This document shows positions 53,650 through 64,000 of a DNA stretch of 64,000 nt, piece after piece. The translations under genes were made by a program, and so were the position numbers. Each line of letters begins with the position of its first letter. Within the stretch, counting starts at the first letter, position 1. Below the pieces are notes generated by a model. The model worked only from the letters and a program-made list of their open reading frames with translations, did not search any database and was not told where the DNA came from. This DNA comes from the human T2T-CHM13v2.0 reference genome, Homo sapiens: the NCBI RefSeq assembly GCF_009914755.1, contig NC_060928.1; one strand, 5' to 3'.

Positions 53650-53863
53650 GCTGTGAGTTCTAACCCAATCTCTGTCACATATTAGCAAATAATTAGTATC
53701 TGTGTTTCAGTTTTTCTATCTGTAAAATTGGCATAATAATATCCACTTCAGATATATTTTGTAACTATTGGATGAGATAATCAAATATGAAAATCCTAGA
53801 AAAAGATCTGATACAAAATAAGGACTTAAACAATAATGACAGTGATGATGATGATGATGATGA
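53650..53863 (+). mobile_element. MIR with (GAT)n tail
   Basis: CTGTGTTTCAGTTTTTCTATCTGTAAAATTGGCATAATAATA...GATGAGATAAT, then (GAT)n at about 53843-53863. Confidence 0.75.
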
Positions 53864-54147
53864 CTGACATTATGAAGAAGAATCAATATTATTTAACCTG
53901 TAAGCTAAGGCCCAATTTATAGATTCTTGTTTTGTTTGGAAGTATTTTTAATTTAATCCTTCCTGACAATTGAGGATAATAACAATCATTTATTAAGTAC
54001 TGTATGAAAGAATTCTGGACCACCGAAATGTTTGGTCAAGTGCTTACCATTTAGTTCCTGATGGTCACACAATGGTTTCTGGTAGTCTAAGGGTGGAAAA
54101 ACTTTAGGGAATGTCAGGGGAGCAAGAATCATAAAATTTCCATCAAT

Positions 54148-54269
54148 TTTTTAAAGATGGGGTCTCAATATGTTGCCCAGGCTGGCCTCAAACTCCTGGG
54201 CTCAAACATTCCTCCCACTTCAGCCTCTTGAGTAGACGAAACTACGGGAGCATGCCACTGCTCCAGGTT
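54148..54269 (-). mobile_element. Alu monomer (FLAM-like)
   Basis: AGATGGGGTCTCAATATGTTGCCCAGGCTGGCCTCAAACTCCTGGGCTCAA...CAGCCTCTTGAGTAG, about 120 bp. Confidence 0.85.
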
Positions 54270-54287
54270 CACTGTTTTTAACAATAG

Positions 54288-54455
54288 GGCCAGACACAGT
54301 GGCTCACACCTGTAATCCTTGCACTTTGGGAGGCCAGGATAGGAGGATTGCTTGAGCCCAGGAGTTCGAGCCTGCAGGCTGCAGTGAGCTATGATAGCTC
54401 CACTGGGCTTCAGCTTGGATGACAGAGCGAGACTCTATCTCAAAAAAAAAAAAAA
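54288..54455 (+). mobile_element. Alu monomer (left-arm 5' end fused to right-arm 3' end; FRAM/AluJ-derived)
   Basis: GGCCAGACACAGTGGCTCACACCTGTAATCC..GCACTTTGGGAGGCC continues into GGCTGCAGTGAGCTATGAT...GACAGAGCGAGACTCTATCTC and an A15 tail. Confidence 0.88.
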
Positions 54456-54641
54456 GGTGTTTTAATACTACATATCAATTAAATGCCTGCCCTCTTTGTC
54501 ATAATCATGATACCAAGAATAAGATTGATAACTTGGGGGCTGAAATAAGCAGAGAAAATATCCAACCAATGATATTTCAATGTAGTAAACATTATTTAAT
54601 CACTTTTGTCAAATTGTGCAGAAAGGAATACTCTTTCTGTA

Positions 54642-55015
54642 TGTTATGGACTGAATGTTTATGTGCTCCCCTCCTCCCCATAAATTCTTATGTTGAAGCC
54701 CTAACTACCAATGTGATGGTATTTAGAGATAGGGACTTGGGAGGTAATTAGGTTTAGATGAGGTCTTGAGGGTGAACTGGAGTATTTATAGAAAAGGGAA
54801 GAGAGGCCAGAGGTTGCTCTCTCTTTCCACCATATGAAGGCACAGTGAGAACAGGGCTGTCTGTAAGCTAGGAAGACAGCCCTCACCAGAAACCAAATCT
54901 GCCTTTACCTTGATCTTGGATTTTCTGGCCTCCAGAACTCTGAGACATAAACGTCTGTGGTTTAAGCCATCCAGTCTGTGGTGTTCTGTTATGGCCGTCT
55001 GAGCAGACTAAGACT
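54642..55015 (+). mobile_element. MaLR solo LTR (MLT1A-like)
   Basis: TGTTATGGACTGAATGTTT...ATGTTGAAGCCCTAAC..CAATGTGATGGTATT...CCTTGATCTTGGA...GAGCAGACTAAGAC. Confidence 0.9.
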
Positions 55016-56619
55016 ATCTTTTGAATGAAACAATCTTTCTGTCCATTTGTGTTTGTGGCAGATTCTTTGAAATTTTTCAGGAGGTCAGTTTTCTCACTCT
55101 TATCTGGCTGTTTAATGCAAGGCCCATACTGGCCTGAATGTGAGCAGAGATCTTAAACTCACTGCCTGAATAGTTATGAAGGTACACCTGAAAGATGTGC
55201 CTTGCTTCCTCAGCTATTCTAACATCTAACCCTCAGAAAGCCACTACAAAGAATGAATCCTTCTCACCTCATTCTGGACTTGCTCTCAAACAATAGGGTT
55301 TGGAATGATGGCATCAGCCCATGTTGAAGTCTCTCACAAGAAATTGCTCTTTAAAGCTCATTGCTGCACTTGTTGTAAGCATTATAAAAATGTGATAATA
55401 ATAATTAACATATTTATCCATTCATTCATTTTTAAAATTTCTAATCTTTGAAGAATTTTTAGGAGCCAGGCCCTGGGGTGGACATTGCACAATGGAGATT
55501 CTCCAATATCAGTTTAGCAATATTAGAATTGTCTTGAAGAATTAATATGTGCTTTTATATTTTGTAACTGATTGGTCTCCTTCTCTGTGTTGACTGCCAG
55601 AAGCTTATGCTTAAATCTGAGGCTCATGTCTGAACAGGTATTTTATTCTAAGGTCATTTTGGTTCTGTTTCTTTCCAAACTTTATTTTCCCTTTGTCCCA
55701 ATTTTAAATGCTTTTCATTCTTCTTGCTAATCTATATATTTATGTGTATCACCTTGAATTTATCTGCAGCAAAATGCAGAAGATATAAATATCAAATATA
55801 AATCACATGTAAATAAAAATGAAGAAAATTAATAGTAAGGTAGGAATTAACATTGTATAGATTCAACAGATAGTTGAATACCTTAACTGGTATTTCCCAT
55901 TAAAATCTTTCTTCTTTCATCATCTTCTATTACTAATACTCAACTGAATATAGTGAACAAATATTTGCCAAAAATGAATGCCATGCAAAAATGACAACCT
56001 GTTTAATAAATCAGGGCCAAAGTGAAGTTATCATACAAAGTATAAAATAAGTCAAGATATACAAAATACCAATATCATTCTATAGATAAAATACAGCAAA
56101 CTCACATAAGGAAAGGGATGCAATGTGTGACAGACATTCTGTAAACATATTAGTCATGCACAAAAAGTAAAAAAAGCATTGGTCTTTATTTAAAGTATGA
56201 CTATGCTTACTTAAAAATAAAAAATTAGTGCTTTCTTTGAATATTTACAGAAACAGTCAATTGTTATCTGAAAACTATGGGGAGCAATACAGAATTTATG
56301 AATGAAAATGAAAAATGCAAGTAAAGGAAGAATATATAAAGATTGTTTAATTAAGCTGCTAAAATGTGAAGGAATGTCTAGTATAATTTTAGTCTTTAGC
56401 TTCTTTGAGAGCTCTTGGGGTTAAAATAAAGACTTTAAAAAAAAAAAAAGTAGAGGTCCCACCCTTAAAATTACAGCTATAAAATAATCTTCAAAAAAAG
56501 AGCTAAAATCCTGTTTTTAAACACCTAGGCTGAAATGATATACTGGGAAACACACGGGGCTTTATGAAGAACAAATTCTGTCACAGTGGTAGCAGATATC
56601 TTTCTATTGACAGAATAAT

Positions 56620-56810
56620 GGGATAGTAAATCAGGGAGAAGCATTAGATATAATTTATCTTGACTTCAGAAAGAATTTGATTCAGTCTTGTACAAAGTAT
56701 TAATCAAGAAATGGGGAAAAGTGTGCTGAAGGCCTCATTGCTGTTAAGTGGATCAGCATCTGGTCAATTTAGTCAATCAGAGGCACTCAGAATATTGCTA
56801 TTAATAGCTC
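56620..56810 (+). mobile_element. CR1/L3 LINE reverse-transcriptase relic
   Basis: Hand translation IVNQGEALDIIYLDFRK, frameshift, FDSVLYKVLIKK ... KWISIW, versus the CR1 motif VDxGxAVDVVYLDFSKAFDxV..IL..K..RWIxNW. Confidence 0.75.
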
Positions 56811-57115
56811 AATATGTCTGGAGCTATAGAATACATGGAATCATATGCAATTAATGCCAAAATATAAATATGGCGTGAATAAAATAGAAAGTAAATGGGA
56901 AACAACACCTGCCCTACCAATACTAAATACCACCATTGACATAAATACATATGGATATTTTACGTTGGTACTATGTTTTATTTCAAAAAGTCTTTCCATT
57001 ATAAAATTGGAAGACAGAAAAATTCATTAAGCCTATTGGATAACAATAAGTGGATGTAGACAATTACTGTGTTGAAAAGAGGTGATATAATATTTTGTCA
57101 TGGTAGAAGTGATAG

Positions 57116-57465
<350 letters not shown>

Positions 57466-57480
57466 ACTAGTAGCAATCTT

Positions 57481-57700
57481 ATCTAGCATTTATTGAATGC
57501 TTAATATGTGTCAGGAATTTTGTATGCACACTATCTCTCTGAATGCAGACAACAAGCCTCTGCAGTACATGTTATTAGAAAGTATTTCTTAATCTCACGG
57601 ACATCCAGATGAACACAAAAATAGAGGATCCAGGACTTGAAGATTTGTACAGAAGTAAAAGAATCAGCTGGTTCCACTTTCCTTGAGTTGAAGGCACTAC
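57481..57700 (-). mobile_element. MIR fragment
   Basis: TAGCATTTATTGAATGCTTAATATGTGTCAGG...ACAACAAGCCTCTGCAGTA. Confidence 0.65.
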
Positions 57701-58393
57701 TATGAAATCCTTGTCATAAACAGATTGTTGAGAAGATGAAAAGATACAGGATAGGACACTAGGAAGAGAACCCATTGAGGAAATTGTAATAAAGGTGTCT
57801 TGTTTTCTTTTTCTTGTGACAGAGAAACGTCACCAACTGAATGAAATACAGAACAAAAGGAAAGAAATATGCCATTTAAAGTGTTATTAGATTTTGTGAA
57901 CCAACTTGGGTGATGACCTTGAACAGTTCCACTTTAGTGGGTAGGAACAGAAGATATTGCACAGGGGTTGAAGATGTGTGTGCATAGAACATTGGGGTAA
58001 GGGGCACAAACCATGTCAGAAATTTGACTGCAAAAAGAATAGAAGAAGGTAATAAAAAGAGTCAAAGAACAAAATAAAGATTGTTTTAAGGGTTTTGAAA
58101 AAAATGAGAAGGGAAGGCTTGCATAATAAAGCATAAGTGAAAAATGTTTAGTACTAGGAATGAAAGTGAACTTTGGTGTATGACACTCTTAGAAGAAGAA
58201 AAAAATGAATGCAAGAGGCACGCAAGCTTTCCCTTAATGTGATGACGCAGATTGGACAAATGCATAGTGAAAGATACTGACATGAAGGAAGAGGTAACTA
58301 AGGATAAAAATGGAATGGGTATGGATTTAATAAGACCTTAGCTGCTATAGTAAGTAAGCCAAATAGTGATGAAGGTTGTAGAGTGAGGCTGAC

Positions 58394-60680
58394 TGTATTA
58401 GTCTGTTCTCATGCAGCTAATAAATACATACCCGAGACTGGGTAATTTATAAAAAAAAAGAGGTTTAACTGACTCATAGTTAGTTCCATATGGCTGGGGA
58501 GGCCTCACAATCATAGTGGAAGGTGAAGGGGAAGCAAGACACGTCTTACATGGCAGCAGGCAAGAGAGCATGTGCAGGGGAACTCCCCTTTATAAAACCA
58601 TCAGACCTCATGAGACTTACTCACTATTATGAGAACAGCATGGGAAAAACATGCTCCCATGTTTGAATTACCTCCCAATCAGCTCCTCTCATGACAAATG
58701 GGGATTATACAATTCAAGGTGAGATTTGGGTGGGGACACAGAGCCAAACCATATAATTCTGCCCTGGTCCCTCTAAAATCTCATGTCATCACATTTCAAA
58801 ACCAATAATGCCTTTCCAACAGTCACTCAGTCTTAACTTATTCCAGCATTAACTCAAAAGTCCACAGTCCAAAGACTCATCTGAGACAGGGCAAGTCACT
58901 TCTGCCTATGAGCCTGTAAAATCAAAAGAAAGTTAGTTACTTTCTAGATACAATGAGGGTACCGGCATTGGGTAGATATACACATTCCAAATGGGAGAAA
59001 TTGGCCAAAATGAAGGGGCTACAGGCTCCATGCAAGTCCAAAATCCAGGAAGGTGGTCAAAACTTAAATCTCCAAAGTGACCTCTTTTGACTCCGTGTCT
59101 CATACCTAGGTCACACTAATGCAAAAGGTGGGTTCCCATGGTCTTGGGCAGGTCCACCCTTGTGGCTTTGCAAGGTACAGCCTCCCCTACTGGCTGCTTT
59201 CATGGCCTGCCATTGAGTGTCTGTGGGTTTTCTAGGTGCACGGAGCAAGCTGTTGGTGGATCTACCATTCTGAGGTCTGGAGGACAGTGGCCTTCTTCTC
59301 ACAATTCCACTAGGCAGTGCCCCAGTGGGGACTCTGTGTGGGGGATCCAACCCCACATTTCCCTTCCACACGGTCCTAGCAGAGGTCCTCCATGAGGGCT
59401 CTGCCCCTGCTGTCAACTTTTGCCCGGACATCCAGGTTTTTCCATACATTCTCTGAAATCTTGGTGGAGTTTCCCAAACCTCAATTCTTGACTTTTGTGC
59501 ACTGACAGACTTAATACCATTTGTAAGCTGCCAAGGATTGGGGCTTGCATCCTCCAAATCCATGGCCCAAGCAGTACCTTGGTCCCTTTTAGCCACGCTG
59601 GAGCAGCTGGGATGCAGGGCATCAAGTCACTAGGCTGCACACAGCAAAGGGGACGTGGACCCAGCACAAGAAACCAATTTTTCCTCCTAGACCTCTGGGT
59701 CTGTAATGGGAGGGGCTGCTGCAAAGGTCTCTGACAAGCCCTGAAGACATTTTACCCATTTTCTTGGGGATTAACATTTGGCTCCTTATTACTTATGCAA
59801 TTTCTGCAGCTGGCTTGAATTTTCCTCAGAAAATGGGGTTTTCTTTTCTACTTCATCATCAGGCTGCAAATTTTCTGAACTTTTTTGCTCTGCTTACCTT
59901 TTAAACATAAGTTCCAATTCCAAACCCTATCTTTTTGAATATGTAAAGCTGACTGCTTTTAACAGCACCCAAATCACCTCTCAAAAGATTTGCTCCTTAG
60001 AAATTTCTTCTGTCAGATACCCTAAATCATCTCTCTCAAGTTCAAAGCCCCACAGACATCTAGGGCAGGGGCAAATATTGCCGGTGTCTTTGCTAAATCA
60101 TAGTAATAGTCAACTTTATTTCAGTTGCCAACAAGTTGCTCATCTCCATCTGAGATGTGCAGAATTTGGTTAAAGCCATTCAACAAGTCTCTGGGAAGTC
60201 CCAAACATTCCCACATCTTCCTGTCTTCTTCTGAGCCCTCCAAACTGTTGCAACCTCTGGCTGTTACCTCGTTCCAAAGTTGATTCCACATTTTCGGGTA
60301 TCTTTACAGCACCACCCCACTCTACCAGTACCAATTTACTTTATAGTCTGTTCTCATGCTGCTAATTGGGAAATTTATAAAGAAAAGAGGTTTAATGGAC
60401 TCACAGTTCCAGATGGCTGGGGAGGCCTCACAATCATGGTGGAAGGTGAAGGGGAAGCAAGACATGCCTTACATGGCAGCAGGCAAGAGAGCATGTGTAG
60501 GGTAATTCCCCTTTATAAAACCTTCAGATCTCGTGAGACTTATTCACTATCACAAGAACGGCATGGCAAAAACCTGCCCCCGTGATTCATTTACCTCCCA
60601 GCAGGTCCCTCCTGCAATACATGGGAATTATCACAATTTAAGTTGAGATTTGGGTGGGGACACACAGCCAAACCATATCA
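58394..60680 (-). mobile_element. Two-LTR THE1 (THE1C/D-like) MaLR: 3' LTR 58394-58756, internal 58757-60339, 5' LTR 60340-60680
   Basis: Two similar ~350-bp LTRs (GGCTGGGGAGGCCTCACAATCAT...GAGATTTGGGTGGGGACAC..CCAAACCATAT) flank about 1.58 kb of internal sequence whose minus-strand frames read as MaLR internal (SAQKSRIEVWETPPRFQRMYG). Confidence 0.96.
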
Positions 60681-62489
60681 CTGTTTAATTAGTGCTGTTA
60701 ATTTCTCCAGGTCTTCATAGCATTATAAGTCATGGCAAATATGGGGAAAAGACAAAGTCATTTTGTAAAATAGAATACACAGGATATTTTGAAAGAGTAA
60801 ATTTTTTGGTTACTAATACTTCTATTTTTAAAAGAATGTCATATTTGCTTTATAGAATAATTTTCTTCTTTCTAAAGCACATGCCTCAGAAGTTTGTTTA
60901 GTAAGGTTTTGTAGGTAACAAAGGCAGACAACTGTAGATATTTTTGTAGATATTTTTACATTCTGTAAAACAACTGTAGATATTTTTACATTTCACTATT
61001 GTTTCTTATACATTTATTAGTTATTATTTTTTAAGTTATGGTATTTTCTCCCTGGCAATTTTTTTCTACTGTTATACCTATTATGTATATAGTAGCTAAA
61101 ATGCTTAATTAATGAAAAGTGTCTTAAAGTATCAATCTCAGTTAATCATTGTTTTATTCTCTAAAACTACACATCATACAAATGAAAATTATTTATCTAG
61201 AAAGAAAAGTAACTTCTTTACTTTACAATTTTGGTGCTAAAATATTACTTTGCTTCATGTGAAAATACCTGAATGGCTGGAATGTTATTTGACTAAGTAG
61301 TCACTTGATTCAATACAAATTATTGGTCAAAAACACTGTATTTTAGAAATTTTTATTAAATATCTGATGCTGTATGTAAAAAATGAATATTGTGCCTCTG
61401 TTTTGAATATAAAAGGGAAATCTTATGATTATTTTGTTTATTATTTTATAATATTTTCCATAGCATCTAATGAGTGAGAGAAAGAGAGAGAATGGGATCA
61501 GCATTGTATTGGCAAAACTTGAGTAGATGGAAAATCTTTATATATATTCATGTTCAGATAAATAGCTATAGAATCTATTTTGCGCTGTAAATGTGTATTA
61601 TCTATTTCTAGGATTCCTTATTAAAATCTTTGCACAATGTTGCCCTATATTTTCATCTTCTTAAGATAGTCTTTCCACTCTTCACGGCATGATTTCTAAT
61701 AAAAAGCTTGAAATCATGAACTATGTACTGGTTTGACCCAGAAAGCTTTGACATTCAAAATCAGAGTAGTTTGAAAGGCTCAGTCAAGATGCAAGTCTAA
61801 ATTAATTGGGAAATTTTATATAATGACCCTTGAGGGAAGAGATAATATATTGGACTTTTTTTATTAAAATGGTATCTTTGTAATTTAAATGAATAATTGC
61901 TATTAAAATAGCTAAAATGAAAATGTGTTCAGGTTAAATACATTAAATAATCTCTCCAGCCATTCTCATAATTCAGTATAGTTGCCTCTGGAATGAATTG
62001 GGCTTAAAACCATTGGTAACAAAATATTTATGAATGTGTAATTACAATTCATTGTACAGTGCAGAGATAAGTATATATGTATTGAATAAATACTGAATTG
62101 TTTTATACGTTTTTAGTTTTATATGAATGAAATAAAAAAGTCACAGAGATATTATCTACAGGCATAGTGATATTTAACATAGGCAATTATATTGAATTAC
62201 TTATATATCTTTGTTTTCCTTACTTGGAATATTACTGAGTATTCTGTTAAGGGTCCAACATTGCTTCTTGTTCCTATAAAGCACATTTGAGTCCAAAGAT
62301 TTAAAGAATTAGGAAGAGGCAAGATTGTATCTCTTTATAATTATTAGTCATCATTATAATTCAGCATCACAATAAACCATTTGATAATATTTTGAAGGTA
62401 AAGTTTTAAGTATGAAATATGCAAACTTTGCAAACTCCTCAAATTATATCAGTTTGCTTAAGATAAAAATGTTATTAACTTGATCATTC

Positions 62490-63325
62490 AACACATATTT
62501 TATCTATCTCTCTATATCGTTAATGACTAGAATTAGAGCAGATAAGAAGTCAAACATTCTATTTTCCCCTGCCTTCACAGGACTTACATTCTAGTGGCAA
62601 AATAAGCTAGCATTCATTATGCAATTAGCATGTAATTTTAATTATGACGAATGTTACAGATATAAAAATATTGCTATTAAAGTTTATCATAGGGAGCTAT
62701 TCTTGAGGAAATAACCAATTGAACTTTTAAGGAAGAATAAGAAATAAATCCACAGAGAGAAGTGGATGAAAAATCTGCAAGTCATAGGAAAGTGATTATT
62801 AAAAAGTCCTGAGAGAGGAACAAGGTGTGATGAAGAAAAATGAATGCAGGACAGTCAGTGGCTATGAGGAAGTCCAGATCATGCTGACAACTTGAAGGTT
62901 AATTTAAGGCCCTTATTCCTTACATAAGTAACAATGGAGAGTTAATGAGGACGTTTAAGCATCAGAGTAACATACATTTTCTTTGAAAAATGTGTGCCTT
63001 TGGAGCAGAAAATGGATTGAAAGAGAAGAGATCTGAGAAGACTGTTAAGAGGATCTTTACTGGTCTAGGTGAGCCACGGTTGTAGCTTAACTAAGGGTAG
63101 ACACACTTGAGAAAAGAAAAATAAATCCCATAGATATTTAAGGAGTGCATTGGGCAGGACTCTGTGATTGATGAAAATATAGGGGATGACAGGGATGGAA
63201 CAAGCAATATTTTTTCCTAGCTTAAGTACCATTGTCTGAAATTTGAAGCCCTGAAGGAAGACCAAACTTAAATGATTGGAAAAGATAATGAGTTAAGACT
63301 GAGGCATGTTAAATTTGAAGGATCT
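62490..63325 (-). mobile_element. L2
   Basis: CATTCAACACATATTT...CCCTGCCTTCACAGGACTTACATTCTAGTGG...GAGGACGTTTAAGCA...GGCATGTTAAATTTGA. Confidence 0.8.
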
Positions 63326-63895
63326 CTCCACATCCACTAGGATGGCTAGAATTTTAAAAATTAGATAATAACAAGTGATGGTGAGAATATGGAGAAATCA
63401 GAACCCTCAAACGCAGCTAGTGGGAAGTCAAAATGGTGCAGCCAATTCAGGAAATGGTCTGGCACTTCCCAAAGTGATTTCATGTAGAGTTACCATATGA
63501 CCCAGCAATTCTACTACCAAGCATATACCCAAAATAAAAGAAAGCATATGCCATATAAAAACCTGTGCTCAATGTGATGGCAGCCAAATGATGGAAATAA
63601 CCTAAGTGTCTATTAAGTAACAAATGATAAATAAAATGTGATATATTCATACAATGAAAATTATTCCAGCATAATATAACTGGGAAAAAAACAGTCACAG
63701 AAGATAACAAAGCATGATTCCATATCATGCGAAGTGTCCAGAACAGTGAAATCTATAGACAGAAAGTAGATTAGTAGTTTCGTAAGCCTGGAAAGGTGGT
63801 TGGGAGAATGGAGAGATGATAGATAAAAGGTATGTATTATTTTCTGAGAAGATGTAAAATACTCTAAAATTAGTTTGTAGTGATGGTTGCACATA
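63326..63895 (+). mobile_element. Old L1M (MB-like) 3' end
   Basis: ATAACAAGTGATGGTGAGAATATGGAGAAATCAGAACCCTCA...GAGTTACCATATGACCCAGCAATTCTACT...AATCTATAGACAGAAAGTAGATTAG...GTGATGGTTGCACA. Confidence 0.88.
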
Positions 63896-63896
63896 T

Positions 63897-64000
63897 AGTT
63901 GGCCTTCGGTGTATGTGGGTTCATCACCTTGTGGATTCAACCGACTGTGAATCAAAAACATTAAAAAAATAAAATTCACAAAGGTCCAAAAAGCAAGATT
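63897..64000 (-). mobile_element. TcMar-Tigger element end (MER2-like), runs off the window
   Basis: After a TA: AGTTGGCCTTCGGTGTATGTGGGTTC...GTGGATTCAACCGACTGTGAATCAAAAA resembles a MER2 terminus. Confidence 0.7.

Noticed and set aside
59111-60585. Cluster of 80-160 aa ORFs on both strands
   Set aside because: All lie inside the THE1 internal region or LTR and are fragmented by stops and frameshifts.

Overview
AT-rich, CpG-poor primate (human-like) non-coding DNA, roughly half or more recognisable interspersed repeats. I see no host protein-coding gene, RNA gene, CpG island or CRISPR array. The only long ORF (24454-25782) is the C-terminal part of LINE-1 ORF2 in a 5'-truncated L1PA. Other ORF-track entries are Alu, LTR, microsatellite or chance frames. 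The main structures are: 13 Alu or Alu-monomer copies; a decayed ERV-L provirus (gag-pro-pol-dUTPase plus a 3' LTR41-like LTR) lying between L1 ORF1 and ORF2 pieces and carrying an internally deleted HSMAR1 mariner and an AluJ; a two-LTR THE1 element; several solo MaLR, ERVL and ERV1 LTRs; two L1s with inverted 5' segments; and old L2, MIR and CR1 relics. I find no support for a new biological system. The most unusual signals are local rearrangements: a patchwork templated duplication with a 16-bp fold-back at about 21.0-21.3 kb, and a perfect 18-bp-arm palindrome at 36128-36167. Subfamily names come from recalled consensus sequences, not from a database search, and boundaries of old repeats are approximate.
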